Shown piece after piece: positions 1 to 12,904 of a DNA stretch of 64,000 bases. The DNA lies in NCBI RefSeq assembly GCF_016432865.1, contig NC_067401.1:448198001-448262000 (forward strand). Direction: 5' to 3'. This DNA is from Antechinus flavipes (taxonomy: Eukaryota). Every line of letters begins with the position of its first letter. Within the stretch, counting starts at the first letter, position 1. The translations under genes were made by a program, and so were the position numbers. The notes beneath the pieces were generated by a model. It made no database searches, was not told where the DNA came from, and was given only the letters and a program-made list of their open reading frames with translations.

Positions 1-567
1 TCCCATTTTTAGAATTAACTGCATTTGTGCAAGGGATCAGCCCTCCATTCTAGAGAGCTCCTTTTCTTTTTAAATCGGGTGTGGAATGTGCCTTATGGCT
101 CCATCCTGTGTAAATAACGTGTAAAATAATCAAAGCACCATCCTGACCTGACAGCACAAGCCTTTTGATGAATAGGGCCTTATGTGGGATTATCATATGA
201 CATTTCCAAACTAAATTATATTTATGAGTCATATAGAGTACTATTGCATTAGAGTCTCTCAGAATGGGATTTGCACATTTTGCAAGGAAGAGAGAAGAGC
301 ATAATGGCCTGGAATGGGATGGTTCCTTTTTCTAAGAATGACATGGGAAGGGAGCTCTCATTTGACCCATGACTAGGACATATTTTACTTGGGACAAAGT
401 CAGTTCAGAGGGAAGGGGGAGGAGGCAGAGAGAGAGTGACAGTGGTAGAGATTGTTCCACTGAAAGTACGATTGTGCTGGCAAATAGAGTGGCTTGACCC
501 TTACTTTCCTGGTTTCTGGGGAAAGGTAGAACACAATAGAAGGGTACAAGGTAAAAACCCTTCAAGG

Positions 568-730
568 ATCAGAGAGTTCGGAACCTGAAGAGGCCTTAGA
601 GGTCATTAAATACAACCCCTTATTTTTACAAATGAAGAAACTGAGTCCTAGATTACATGATATATTTAGAATCTTTCTTACAACTAGATAGTGCCCCAAT
701 CAGTATTTGAATTTTGTTCTACCTAATTCT
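568..730 (-). mobile_element. MIR/MIR3-type CORE-SINE remnant
   Basis: CORE motif TTTTACAAATGAAGAAACTGAG preceded by an L3-like tail (GGCCTTAGAGGTCAT). Confidence 0.7.
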
Positions 731-1084
731 GGTTTCATTGCTTTAGGGAAAGTCTGGGGTAGTGGGAGAGGGTGCAGGGTAGTCATGATACAAGATGATA
801 CAAGGTGTGATATGTGATACAAGGTAAGATCTAAGTATGACAATCATAATAGAAAGGAAGCATACTTCATCTAGATTTTAACAGCCCTTGGGAAAAGCAG
901 AAAAAAAAAAAACTATTCCCCCTTTGCTTTGATTATCATATCATCTACCTCCTAATGATTCCATATTATATATACATGTACATATGCATATCTATATATA
1001 TCTTATGGCCTTTAGTTACTTCTCATTCTGGTTGTACATAACTTCATATGCATAGAACTACATAAAGGTCTGGGTTATATCATT

Positions 1085-1240
1085 ATTGAGATAGAAAGGA
1101 AAGGTATCTTAGAACCATTATATCTAATCCCCTTGTTTTCCATTTGGAGAAACTGAGGTTCATAACGGTTAACTGGCTTACCTAGGATCATTCATACAGT
1201 TAGTGAGATAATGAGGTAGGATTCAAACCATTAACACTCT
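1085..1240 (-). mobile_element. MIR3-type SINE remnant
   Basis: GGAAAGGTATCTTAGAACC...GAGAAACTGAGG...GGATTCAAACC. Confidence 0.65.
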
Positions 1241-2024
1241 ACTCAAAATACCAAAGTCAAAGTCAGATAGCTTATTGGGGATATGTCCAGAACAAGAACC
1301 CATGTTTTCTGACATGACCACAGATCCTCTAATTTATTATGCAACCTGTATTAACAGGAGCCTCAGAGTGTATTCAACCAAGACAACAAGACCAGAAAAA
1401 GTCAAAGAAAGCAAAGATATTCCAAGAAATTAAATACTTGCCTCCAATAGAAGAGATTTATAGACTTCATCAGTCATTCTGGAAGATATTATTTCTTTAT
1501 GTGCAGACACAATTTTTTTTTCTTCATTAAATTCAGAACCATCACTGCAGAGGCAGTGGTACCCACAAAATATTCAGAGACACAAAGGAAATTCCCCAGC
1601 ACATTGAATAGAATCTCTGTGAAGGATTTATGGGAAGACATGGACAAAAATGACACAGGACAAGAATGAGGGGAGAAGGGTTGATCCCCAGCAGTGAAGG
1701 AAATATCTACATCCCTGAGATCCCAGATCTATTGAAAATATCAATATGAATTCATTATCTGCTTCTCCACTCCAATCCCTTTAACTTGGAAGAAAACAAG
1801 CACACATTTTTTCCCTGCCTCTCTCAAAGTCCAAGTAACACAGACTCCTCCCCCTTTTTTATATGATTTGATGAGTAGCCAGAAAAATAATGCTTAGCCT
1901 ACAAGACAAGATCCTGAGCTACTATTTAAACATATTTTTATAAATTAAATTATATTTTACAAGGACCATGATGGCATGGCATTCAATGGCTCCCTGTTAG
2001 ATTTAACTGTGGCATGTTCTAGAC

Positions 2025-2175
2025 TGGGAATTCTTAACCTTAACTGTGTCTTGGATTCCTCAGATAGTCTGGTGAAAACCATGGTGAGATAGTCTCAAAA
2101 TCCTGCTTTTTAATCCATAAAACAAAATACATAGAATTACAATGGAAACTAATTATATTGAAATACAGTTCTCTC

Positions 2176-2241
<66 letters not shown>

Positions 2242-2275
2242 GATAAATCCACAAATCTCAGATTAAGAACCTCTG
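2025..2275. mobile_element. hAT-Charlie-type MITE (Charlie4-like) containing a (GATA)n expansion
   Basis: Degenerate TIRs (GGGAATTCTTAACCT / AGATTAAGAACCTCTG); flanking 8-bp TSD TTCTAGAC/TTCTAGAT fits the Charlie nTCTAGAn preference; internal ATACATAGAATTACAATGGAAACTAATTATATTGAAATACAG. Confidence 0.75.
2178..2243 (+). repeat. (GATA)n microsatellite
   Basis: Direct reading. Confidence 0.97.
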
Positions 2276-2964
2276 TTCTAGATAAATATACATCATAATG
2301 AGAGAATATGGTTTTCCTTTGGGGATACATTTATACAAAGAATACCACTCTGCTATGTGTTGCAGTTGATAAGTTTAGATTTTCATTTAGAAGGTTTATT
2401 TAAAACTGAGTTTGCCTATAATAGCAAGAAGTGAGGGACTGCCCCTAAATTCTCAGGATTTATATTGAGCTCTTTTATAGGAAATGAATCATCCGACATG
2501 GAAACACTGTACTCTCTTACAGAAGAAAAGACTATCCTTACCTTATCTTCTGCTCCATAGAAACCTATGGATGATTTCTCTTCTATGACTCATATGAACA
2601 ATACATTTTGACCAGAGCTAAGAGAGAACAGCAGAGTGAGAGTCACATATCAATTCATGTTAAAGATATGTTTGACTTGGGATAATAATACCTTACAGGT
2701 TGGTCATATTCACTTCAATTTTAAAGAAGTACCATTTATCAGAATTGATCAATTCCTCAACAAACACAGATCTCCATCCCTCTCTTTGGTTGATTCAAGT
2801 GTTTCTACAGTCAAAAATGGAATCAATGGAAACCTAGGTAAATTCTCAAAGTATAGATGCACAGTTTTACATCTGTCTCATTTAAATTTGAACCTGACCA
2901 ACTTTCTGAAAAAAAAAAAAAAAGACCTAGCCATTAAACAAGGAGTGAGAGGAAACATGATAAA

Positions 2965-3208
2965 NNNNNNNNNNNNNNNNNNNNNNNNNNNNNNNNNNNN
3001 NNNNNNNNNNNNNNNNNNNNNNNNNNNNNNNNNNNNNNNNNNNNNNNNNNNNNNNNNNNNNNNNNNNNNNNNNNNNNNNNNNNNNNNNNNNNNNNNNNNN
3101 NNNNNNNNNNNNNNNNNNNNNNNNNNNNNNNNNNNNNNNNNNNNNNNNNNNNNNNNNNNNNNNNNNNNNNNNNNNNNNNNNNNNNNNNNNNNNNNNNNNN
3201 NNNNNNNN
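2965..3208. other. Assembly gap, first of seven (others: 3980-4127, 16622-16935, 27346-27499, 34919-35082, 37923-38182, 57320-57709)
   Basis: Runs of N. Confidence 0.99.
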
Positions 3209-3729
3209 AAAATTAGCCTGTCACATTGACCTTTTCTTCCCTTTTTTGCTTTTAGATATATGAACAAAAATGGTGATAGAGAATGACTTTCTCTCCCTTA
3301 TCTTAGCCTGTTGCTCTAAAAATATTCCATTGGTCCTAAAATGATATTGTTTGGTGAAACAATGGAAATGGGAGTCCTGTCAGTTGTGACATGAAAAGGT
3401 TAAAATATTTTTGTTTGGCAATTAGACTGAATATACTAAACTAGAAGTCTATTCATTTTCATGTCAAAAACTAGGAATCTGCCAAATGTTAACTTTAATT
3501 TCAATCCATCCAGATTATTCATGTCCTGAGAAATTTTCTCCTCATTATGAGCTATTTCTAGAAGATTTTACTCTTAAAAAAATAATTTCAAGGAATGGGG
3601 AGTAGGTGTGGGGCAGTTTCCCATAGCAATCTCCCAAATTAATAAAATTAAGTCTGCAACATGATACTAGAGAAAGTAGAAAATGTTCTCTTGTAACTAA
3701 TTGCAAACTAATGCAAACAAAAAAAAGAA

Positions 3730-4330
3730 GCCCTCTAATGAAGGAACGATGCATACTTTTTAATGGTTCCATTGGACAAATAATCAAGACAGTGTCAATG
3801 TGGCTCTGGCAGGGTGAGGGTTAAACTTGATTGTAATTAGATTGCTGTATGCATGGTCATGTGGTTAATAGTAAATTTTCCTTGATTAACTGGTCCTGTT
3901 TGTTAAGAGCTCCTATTAACATTAGCACTCTCTGCGTTGGCTGTGGAGACACACCATGGACCAGCGCAAAATTAATGAANNNNNNNNNNNNNNNNNNNNN
4001 NNNNNNNNNNNNNNNNNNNNNNNNNNNNNNNNNNNNNNNNNNNNNNNNNNNNNNNNNNNNNNNNNNNNNNNNNNNNNNNNNNNNNNNNNNNNNNNNNNNN
4101 NNNNNNNNNNNNNNNNNNNNNNNNNNNAGAGGGAGAGCTGTGGATGAGGTAATTAGCTCTCATGTCTGATAAATGGGGCGATACCTATGTGTGTGCATGT
4201 TTTAGCACGTCACAAATGGGGCTTTCATTAGCTGAAATCTTTTGCTGAAATTTTTATAAATGTTTAGTTTGATTTTTTTTCTCTCCATAAACAGTATGAT
4301 GACTACAGTCACTGTCTGTTTAACGTAGGA
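3730..4330. promoter_or_regulatory. Candidate conserved non-coding/enhancer-like block, split by a gap
   Basis: No repeat similarity; dense TAAT/ATTA homeodomain-type cores; several retained CpGs. Confidence 0.3.
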
Positions 4331-4917
4331 GGTATATTTCAAGTTTGCTTTGAAGAACTTCTATTGAAATAAACAGGCAGCCGGCATTCTGTACCAATGC
4401 TTCACAAGAAACCATAACCTATAATGTAATTACCAATATCAGCCCTATACCAGTTCATATATTGTATCTATAGCGATCATATTAGGTTTAGGTCAGCTGC
4501 ATTGGGGATCATGTAATTTCAGAAAATCACAGATTCTCAGAATAAGAAGGGCCATGAGGCCTCATGGGCAAAATTATAACTCAACAGAATCTCTTCTTTA
4601 CCATATTCCAATAGAATTTATTCTTTTTCCCCTTGAAAACCTTAAGGGAAAGAGAACTCAATACTTCCTCAAGCAGTTCATCCCATATTGGAATGACCAT
4701 AATTGTCTGAAAAAGGGAGGAGGGCTTCTTTTTGTTGTTGTTATTGCTTTGGGTTTGTTTTCTCCTGACATCATACCTAAAATTTCAATTCCCATTCTTT
4801 GCTTAGAGTTCTGCCTCTGAGGTTGTCAAGTAAGTCTAATCCTTCTTGCTTGAAGGTGCTTAGGGTAAACATTTCCAATTCATTTATATATTGTTCAGTT
4901 GTTTCCATCCTGTTGAT

Positions 4918-5150
4918 TTTTGTAACCCCTTTTGGGATTTTTTTTTTTTTTTGGCAAAAATACAGGAGTGGTTTACCATTTCCTTGTCCAGCTCATTTTA
5001 CAGATGAGGAAGAGGAAACTGAAACAAACAGGGTTAAGTGATGTGCCCAAGGTCACATAATTAGTTAAGTGCCTCATGCCAGATTTAAACTCAAAAAGAT
5101 GAGTCTTCTTGACTGTAGAGTGGTACTCTATCCACTGAGTCACCTAGCTA
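4918..5150 (-). mobile_element. MAR1-type marsupial CORE-SINE
   Basis: TTGGCAAAAATACAGGAGTGGTTTACCATTTCC tail, CORE domain and CACCTAGCT head. Confidence 0.85.
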
Positions 5151-5189
5151 TCTTCTAGTTCAGTTAATGGATCCTCAGATCATGAATTC

Positions 5190-6460
5190 AAGGACTTTTT
5201 CTATTCTGGCCATTCCCTACTATAGCAATATATAAAATATGGTACCCAAATTAGAATAAAATAGTGCAGAAATGGTCAAAGAATGCAGTGGAACTTTTTC
5301 CTAAGCACTAAGCACTAAGCTTCCTTGCTTGGTTATCTCTCTTCTTTATATCTAGATATTATGTTTCTCAACAGAGCCTAATAATGCAATAGCTTTCTTG
5401 GATTCCATGTCACACTCCTGACTCATATGTAATATATGGTTCACAAAAACTTTTTTTTCACGTGAGCATTTATCCAGTCATGTTTCTCTCATCTTATAAT
5501 TTTGATGATTTTTTTGATCCCCAATATATATCTTTATTATCCTAACATTCCATCTTTTTAGATTAAGTCAAATATTTTAGACTACTGATATCTTTTTTTG
5601 TGGGGGGGAGGGAATATCCCAACTCCAGTATCTACTATGTCAACTTTCCCTTTTCAACTTTCTTTCATCTGTAAATTTCATAGATATACATTCTGTGTCA
5701 GTCAGTTTAAAAATGTTAAACAGCCCTAGAGCAAGCACAGATCCCTGAGGCAGTCTATAGGAAGACCCTTTTAAATCAACTTCAAACTTTTTTTGAGGCT
5801 ATTCAACCACTTCTGAATCCACCAAATTATATCATTGTCTAGGCCAAATCTCTCCATCTGTTCCATTAGAATAGATCAGGTACTTTGTCAAATACTTTGC
5901 TATTCCTTTTATATATCAACCTAGTAACCCTCTCACAAAAGAAAATGAAATTAGTCTTTTTCTGATGAAAGACTTTTTGTGATCAGTATTTTTTCTTTAT
6001 CTTCATTTTTCATTTCTTTAATAATAATTCTAGATTTTTTAAAAGAAATCAAAGACTAACTCTTTGGCCTATGTTTTGCAGACATTATGTGGCTTCTTTA
6101 AAAAAGAAGATAAAAACAGGACTATCTTCTTACTCCCATCATTCAGTACCTCTTCTGCGCTTCCTGAGGTTTGAAAAATTTCTGTGAGTGGCCAGGCAAT
6201 CATATCTGTAAAAGGAGACACTTTATATCCTTGTTAACATGGTAAGAACTTAGCCAATATGGTCAAACGAATGTTGTTGAATTTGTGGAAAACACTAAGT
6301 GGAAAGGTTTCAACATTTATTTAAATTGAAGCAAGTATCTTTAAATAAATGAGTTTTTCCCAGTTCTTCAATTATCATTGAGTTGTAACTTAAGCACCTG
6401 CAGAAGTCAAATTAACTCTTTCAAGACAGCTGGATGCTATTGAGTTTATAGAAGCAAACT
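5190..6460 (-). mobile_element. L3/CR1 LINE ORF2 remnant
   Basis: Degenerate CR1-type sequence; minus strand at ~5890 reads SKVFDKV (RT motif DFSKAFDKV). Confidence 0.7.
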
Positions 6461-6749
6461 TTTGAGGAAGGCAGATGGTGTGGAAAGTATAGGCTTACTG
6501 GAGGACTAGATTTCCAATGAGTTTTGTTGTGTCTTAAGTTTGTTTGTTTGTTTGTTTGTTTTTTTTTAAGTGATGGTTGTGTCTATGTAACATGGGTTGG
6601 TACTGCAGGTGGCTAAAAACCATCATGTCATGAGATCAGTGATATCTCAGGGATACCTTATTAAATGGTTTTAAAGAAATATAATAATAATTTCCAGGGG
6701 AAGCAACTATGGTTTAAGGGATAGAAGATTGGGTCTTTAGTCAGGAAGT

Positions 6750-6965
6750 TTTTGTTGTTGTTCAGTTGTGCTGATGCTCCATGATTCCATTTGGAGTTTT
6801 CTTGGCAAAGATACTAGAATGGTTTTCCGTTTCCTTCTCCAGCTCATTTTATATATGAGGAAACAGAGGCAAACTGGGTTAAATGACTTGCCCAGGGTCA
6901 CACAACTAATATCTAGGGCCAGATTTGAACTCATGAAGATAGTCTTCCTGATGTCTGGCCTAGCT
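6750..6965 (-). mobile_element. MAR1-type SINE
   Basis: GTTGTTGTTCAGTTGTG...TTTCTTGGCAAAGATACTAGAATGG...CORE. Confidence 0.88.
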
Positions 6966-6999
6966 TTCCTGGAATCAGAAAGACCTTAGTTCAAGTCTC

Positions 7000-7325
7000 A
7001 TAACTCCAATAGACTTGGGGTGGAAAATGCCATCCACATCCAAAGAATATGGATCAAAGCAAAATATTTTCAGCTGTTTGTTTGTTTACTTTTTCTTTCT
7101 CATGTTTTTGTTTTCCTTTTAGTCTGAGTTTTCTCACATAACATAACCAATATGCAAGTACGAGTAAAAGGATTGCACATGTTTAAGCTTTATCAGATTG
7201 TTTGCTGTTTTGGGAAGGAGGAAGTTAAAGAAGGGAGGGAGAAAGAAATTAGAACACTATGTCTTACAAAAATGAATGTTGAAAACTAACTTTATGTGTA
7301 TTTGGAAAAATAAAATACTGTGAAG
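7000..7325 (+). mobile_element. L1 3' UTR fragment (marsupial type)
   Basis: GATTGCACATG...TATCAGATTG...GGAGGGAGAAAGAAATTAGAAC...TATTTGGAAAAATAAAATA. Confidence 0.7.
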
Positions 7326-7535
7326 GAAATCTAGTCTCAGATACACTATCTGTATGACCCTGGGCAAGTCACATAACCTGTTTGCTATAATCCACTGGAG
7401 AAGGAAGTAGCTGTCTGCTCCAGTATCTCTGACAAAAAAAAAAAAAAAACAACTCTCTGAAAATAGATGTGCTATGGTCCATGAGTCATGAAGTATTGGA
7501 CAAAACTGAATAGTTGAACAGCAAAACACAACTTC
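7325..7535 (+). mobile_element. MAR1-type SINE, 3' part
   Basis: TGACCCTGGGCAAGTCAC...CCACTGGAGAAGGAAG...GGACAAAACTGAA. Confidence 0.7.
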
Positions 7536-7924
7536 CAAAGGCTAGAATACCTCATCAGGAGATATTTTATGTCTTGGGAGAAAATGGTCTATAGCAGGGA
7601 ATGCTGCATAGAGTAACAAATGTGGTCACTTTCATTATGCCTGACTGCCTTCTTTTGTTTCATAAAGTTTGATAAGGGGAAATCAGGAGGCCTGTACTGG
7701 AAAACTACCAGCTTTTATCAAGGGCATCAATAAAATTCAGTAGGGAAATTGGGAACTACAACTTGAGATTGGAGAGAAGAATTATCCCTGGCAAAGTCAA
7801 ATAATGACCCAAACCACCTGACATATAACAAGAGTTGTTCTTTTTATTTAGTTTATTGGTGATAGATCATATTTCTCTAACAAGTGGAATTCAAACAGAT
7901 AGCAAGTGTGTAATATGTTATCAA

Positions 7925-8180
7925 TGGGCAGCTAGCTGTTATGGTGATTGGAGCACTAATCTTGTAATCAGGAAGACTCAAGTATCTTCATGAGTTCAAC
8001 TCAGGCCTCAGACTTATCTGTGTGATCCTGGGCCAGTCACTTAATGTCTGTTTGTCTCAGTTTCCTCATCTGTAAAAGGAACTGAAGAAGGAAATGGTAA
8101 ACCACTCCATTCTCTTTGACATGAAAATCCCAGTGTGGTCATGAAGAGTCAGACATGACTGAAATGACTCAGTAACATAT
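7925..8180 (+). mobile_element. MAR1-type SINE
   Basis: GGGCAGCTAG head, CORE, GAAGGAAATGGTAAACCACTCC...GTCAGACATGACTGAA tail. Confidence 0.88.
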
Positions 8181-9499
8181 AAGCCTCTCTTACCTGCCCC
8201 TTTTCATCAAGATCATTTCCAGACTTTAAAATTGCTAAGCACTGCATTTGGAATAAGGACTTCAAGTCTCAGCTCAGGTACTTGGTTGTTGTGTGGCCAT
8301 CGAAAAAATTATTTAATCTCCCTGGAACTCGCATGTCAGAGAAAACAACAATGAATACCTGTACTACTAACCTCACAGGTTGGCAATAAGGAATTAGTTT
8401 TGAAAATTGGGATCTGGATTATTTTAGTTGTATATTCATGTTGGTTCAGACTTCTATGGAAGATTTATAGGAAGGCATTAAAAAGGAAGAAGAAGTGGGT
8501 TTAATTTTGCCTCCCACACATACTGGATATATCACTGAGTAAGTCACTTAACTCTTTGGTAATCTTGGTTAGTCAATTTTCCTAGGCTTCAAGTTGCAGA
8601 GAATGTGCCATCTTTCAGTGGAGGAAGGATTCCCTCATTTGCCAGTGAAATCACAGATCCAATCCCTATTCTTAATACATGGGCAAAGAATCTGTCCAGT
8701 GGGGGGAAATGGCTGATAATTTCACAAGGATAGGGTGACCAAAATTTTGTCTCTGCGAGACAGAACCTAGAGATCACTAAGAGTCCTTACAGTCTTTCAG
8801 AAGCATAGAAAAGACTGAATTTAGCCTTTAGCTAGCAAGGTGGATTTGTTGAAATAAAAAGCTAAGGATGGCCCACTTCTTGACAAGTGTTGTCACTCCA
8901 GGGTAAGTTTCTTTCTGGCTTCCTGTTTGAGAGTGTGACATGATATTTATAACTTTTCTCCAATTTATATATGTCAATCACTAAAAAATGCTATATAAGG
9001 ACCTAAAAGTATACCCATCAATGAGATCAGGTTGTGATGAGACATGTTTATTATGGGGAGGATCTTTCTCCATCTACTTTTTGATCATAATCAAGGCTAA
9101 AGGTGTGCTCCAAAACAAATTGCAGAGCAGTTGAAAAAACACCTGGATTCATAAAAATGGTTTCAAACCGTTCTGTGTGACTATAGATAAATCATTTAGC
9201 TGCTTTCCCCCCTTCAATACCAAAATGAGGGATTGAACCTCCAAGGTCCTTTGCAGGTCTAAATCTATGTGCCTATAGGGTGAGAGTGTACTGTGGAAAC
9301 GTGGAAGAGGGAAATCTGTCATAAGATTCTCTTCACTATCTACCACAACTTGCCAAGAAAGGACAAATCCTTCTGATGGGGGATGGTGGAGGATGGTGGT
9401 GGATGATGGGAGACAACATATATCTGTTGTCTAGTATAGAAGAGACATTTACACCCACAACCAGGGATATCATTTCAAATTCAAATCTGTTCTCAGAAA

Positions 9500-9690
9500 C
9501 ATATAGTTTTGGGACCATGACCAAATAACTAAAGATTTCTGGGTCTCAGTTTCCTTACTTGTAAAATGGAGATAGTGATAGTATCTGCCTTCCAGGGTTT
9601 TTATGAAGATTAAAAAGAGATAATATTTATAAATTTCATTGTTCATCTTAAGCATCATATAAATGTGAATTATTATTATTATTATTATTA
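9500..9690 (+). mobile_element. MIR SINE
   Basis: CTCAGTTTCCTTACTTGTAAAATGGAGATAG...TTATTATT end. Confidence 0.8.
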
Positions 9691-9869
9691 TTCCCTTGGT
9701 GATTATGTCCAATTTATCTCATTCCTAGCTTGTTTGCCCACAATTGTTTGTCTCTTGTCTCAACCTTTTAGTATGTGAACTTGGGATGAAAACTGACCTT
9801 TCTTTGTATCTCTAATGCTCTAAGATTCATGTTGTTGTGGCTATAGCTGCTGCTGCTGTTGTTGAGTTA

Positions 9870-10230
9870 CATTTGATTTTTTTATTACTCCATTTGGGAT
9901 TTTCTTTAGACCTTCATAAAATTTTCTGAGGCTAGGCAATTAGGACTAACTGAATGTCTGAGGTCAAATTTGAACTCAAGTCCTCTTGATTTCAGACTGG
10001 TCCACTGCACCATCTAGCTGCTTTGAGGGTTTTCTTGGTAAAGAGAATGGAGTGGTTTTACCATTTTCTTTTCCAGTTCATTTTAAAAATGAGGAAACTG
10101 AGGCAGAGTGAAATGAATTGCTGACAGGAAATGTTGGGGGCCATATTTGAACTCAGGAGGATGAGTTTTCATGATTCCAGGCCAAGCATTTTATGTTCCA
10201 TGGAAGCATTCAACTACCTGGTTTTGCACA
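9870..10230 (-). mobile_element. Adjacent MAR1/SINE copies followed by an L2 tail
   Basis: Two TTTGAACTCA heads; GGAGTGGTTTTACCATTTTC tail. Confidence 0.7.
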
Positions 10231-11689
10231 TAGTAGATGCTTAACAAAAGTTTGCTGACAAGATTTTACTTGACCCACTAATAAAGATTTGGGTTAGAAG
10301 GCTTCTCACACCCCTTTCATCTCTTAATCTATAATCCTACCATAGCAAAACTATAACTAGGGCAGGGCAAGTGGGACTTTGGTCCAAGGTCCTAAATCTA
10401 TAAGAAAATAATAGTTCTTATAGCTCTTTAGTGGTATAAAAATGATAGTGCTTAGCATCTAGTTTTTAAGAATAATTACCCGATGGTGACCTGGGATAAG
10501 GGCCTCCAATTCCTTGGAGATTGACTTGCATAACCTTTGCCTTGTACTTCCCCAGGCCAAAAATTCCTAGTTAAGGCTCTGTAATGAGGCAAAATAAGTC
10601 ATTATCTTGTAGAGGGTGAATTAGGGTTGTATGCTCTCACAAAACTAAAACCATTTTTCTAAGTAGGAAAAGAGAGGAAGCTTTCTACTCTTCTAAAAAC
10701 CTTTCTTTCTCCCACTCCTCAATCCCCCTCTCAGAGTGACACAAATCCCAAATGTGTGCAGGTGTTTCTGCTCTGTGCCCCAGGTGAAAGGTCCTGATGA
10801 AGAATTGTTCTTCTGACAACCAGGTGTGTGTGTTCTATTCCAATGCTTACAGTGCAGCAGGTATTTACATCTTCCCCATTGAATCTATGTAGTCAATGAA
10901 TCAGGCAGCTTGTCTTTGCCATCCCCCAACTTCCCTGCCATTAAAAAGGAAATACTTCTGCTGTTCAGAACTCCCCTAACTCAAGAACAATATCCAGAGT
11001 CCTCAAATATAAAGACTAGATCCCCATAAAATCTCCTTAATAATTCAAATATTAGCGATAGAAAAGACCTCAGTAGCCATCCAATCCAACCTATATATGA
11101 AAAAACAATCTTCTCTGTAATATATCTAGAATTCTGGCCCCAAAGCCCATTATTTTGGGATTCACTCCTTACTGGTAGAGATCAATGGTCCCCTCCTACA
11201 TCAGGGGCCATAGAGTTGGAGAAAGAGAGTTCCAGTCTCTTAGATTTTCTTCAAGCTTTCTTCAAATTGCTGAATCTCCTTGGTCTTAGGGTGGCAGAAA
11301 ATTGAAGATGCCAAACCCACTTTGGGTTGCTGAAGGAAAAGTCTCTACAAAGAAGCTAACATGATAATTAAGAGTCTGGAGCTCTTGATATTTCTACCAC
11401 AGGGGTGGGACATTGCTTTTTATCAATTAGGGAAAGGTATCATACCAATGCTTGGAGAATGGGATTACATTTGTGTAGTTTTCCAGACTGATTAAAAATA
11501 TCCAGTGAAGGGGAATCCATTATGGCCCAAAGAGCCCATTTTACTTGGGTATTCCTCTGTTTGGGGCGGGGGGGAGATTTTTCTTGATTTTGCCAAATGC
11601 AAAGACAAAATTAGCCTCTTTTTAACTTTTATCCATTACCTCCAGTTCTATCCTATAAGACAAAACAGAATAGGTCCAATCACTCTTCC

Positions 11690-12330
11690 AGTTGAAGGCC
11701 TTTCCAACATTTGTAGACAGCTATGAGTAGATTACTGTTGGATCTTCTCTTCTCTATCATAAACATCCCCCATTTCTTTTACTCTTATATGGCCATCCTT
11801 TATAATTTCCTCTTAATGTATTTTAATATTGACTCTTCCATTATACTGTTCATTCCTTGAGGGTCTGTTTTTTTTCCTTTCTTTGATCCCCAGTGTTTAG
11901 CACAGGGCCTAGTGTATAGTAGGCACTTAACGTGTGGTTGTTGATTAGACTGACTTCCTAAAATGTGGTATATGGAACTTAAGATACTATTGTAGGCAAG
12001 AGAATTATTACCTTCTAATTCCAGTTACCATATCTCAATGTTGATTAATGATGAGTTTGTAGTCCACTAGGCCCCCAGATTTTTCTTCAAGCAAACTGTC
12101 ATCTAGCCCAGGGCTTCTTAAACTTTTTCCACTTTTGACCCTTTTTTGCCTGAGAAATTTTTATACAACCCCTGCTTTATGGGTATATAAATTATATAAA
12201 TCAAACATTTACTTATAATAAATCTTAATTTTGCAACCCTCACATTCAGTTATGAGAGCCTTCATGGGGTTGCAAACCACAGTTTAAGAAGCTGGGCTCT
12301 CGCCCCCTTTCCCCTGTCATTTACTTGTTC
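11690..12330 (-). mobile_element. L3/CR1 3' remnant interrupted by an L2 3' end (~11850-11950, +) and a hAT MITE
   Basis: CR1-like TTGTAGTCCACTAGGCCCCCAGAT; L2 tail CACAGGGCCTAGTGTATAGTAGGCACTTAA. Confidence 0.6.
12109..12294. mobile_element. 186-bp hAT-type MITE
   Basis: TIRs CAGGGCTTCTTAAACT / AGTTTAAGAAGCTG with a perfect 12-bp core; internal 9-bp inverted repeat TTGCAACCC/GGGTTGCAA. Confidence 0.8.
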
Positions 12331-12904
12331 TGTTGAATAAACTAAGCCAAAAGTTTTAGATAAATATTCTAAATGATTCCTCCTATGTGGTACCCTCTTA
12401 AGCTCCCCCTAAAAAAATTGATATATAAAATAGCAAATGAATATTTGTATTTTTTTAGACTCTTTCAAATAGATGTGCTTTTATCTATCCAAGAAAATAC
12501 CCCAAACTTAAATGCATTTATTTCTCAGTCCCCTAATTTCTTTAGGCCACTCTTCACTTGAAAGTTCTTTTTAGACATAAAAAATACCATAAGATACATT
12601 TTCAATGACTGTTTTGTTCAACATGGAGTGTTGAGGATCTTAGAGGGTTTGTTTGTTACTGAGTAGTCTAATTTAAGAGATTTCCCCTCCCCCCTCAAAA
12701 TTTAGTTAGTAGTAACTATTAAGTGCATACCCATGCAGAGGCCAGCTATGGTATACTACAGAGAATTACAAAGAAACTGGACAGAACAGTCACTACTGTT
12801 GATTATAATATTAATTCATATCTTTAAAGCACTTTACAATTGGCAATGCAGTCTACATTATCTTATATAGCAATCTTGCAAGGAAGATAGTATTTTATAT
12901 ATAA

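Noticed and set aside
786-830. Short tandem TGATACAAG(G) repeats
   Set aside because: Three imperfect copies; ordinary slippage.
1339-1530. 63-aa ORF with an LPPIEEIY motif reminiscent of LINE RT C-termini
   Set aside because: A single weak motif with no other support.
2542-2617. 76-nt minus-strand segment with a good acceptor and AAG|gtaagg donor
   Set aside because: Stops in all three frames, so not a coding exon; at most cryptic or non-coding.
8194-8241. 48-nt in-frame minus-strand exon-like segment (CLAILKSGNDLDEKGQ)
   Set aside because: The acceptor lies in a MIR remnant with a poor pyrimidine tract; likely chance.
11145-11555. Imperfect ~30-bp direct repeat (GGCCC.AAAG..CCCATT...TTGGG.ATTC)
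   Set aside because: Too short and gapped to exclude coincidence.
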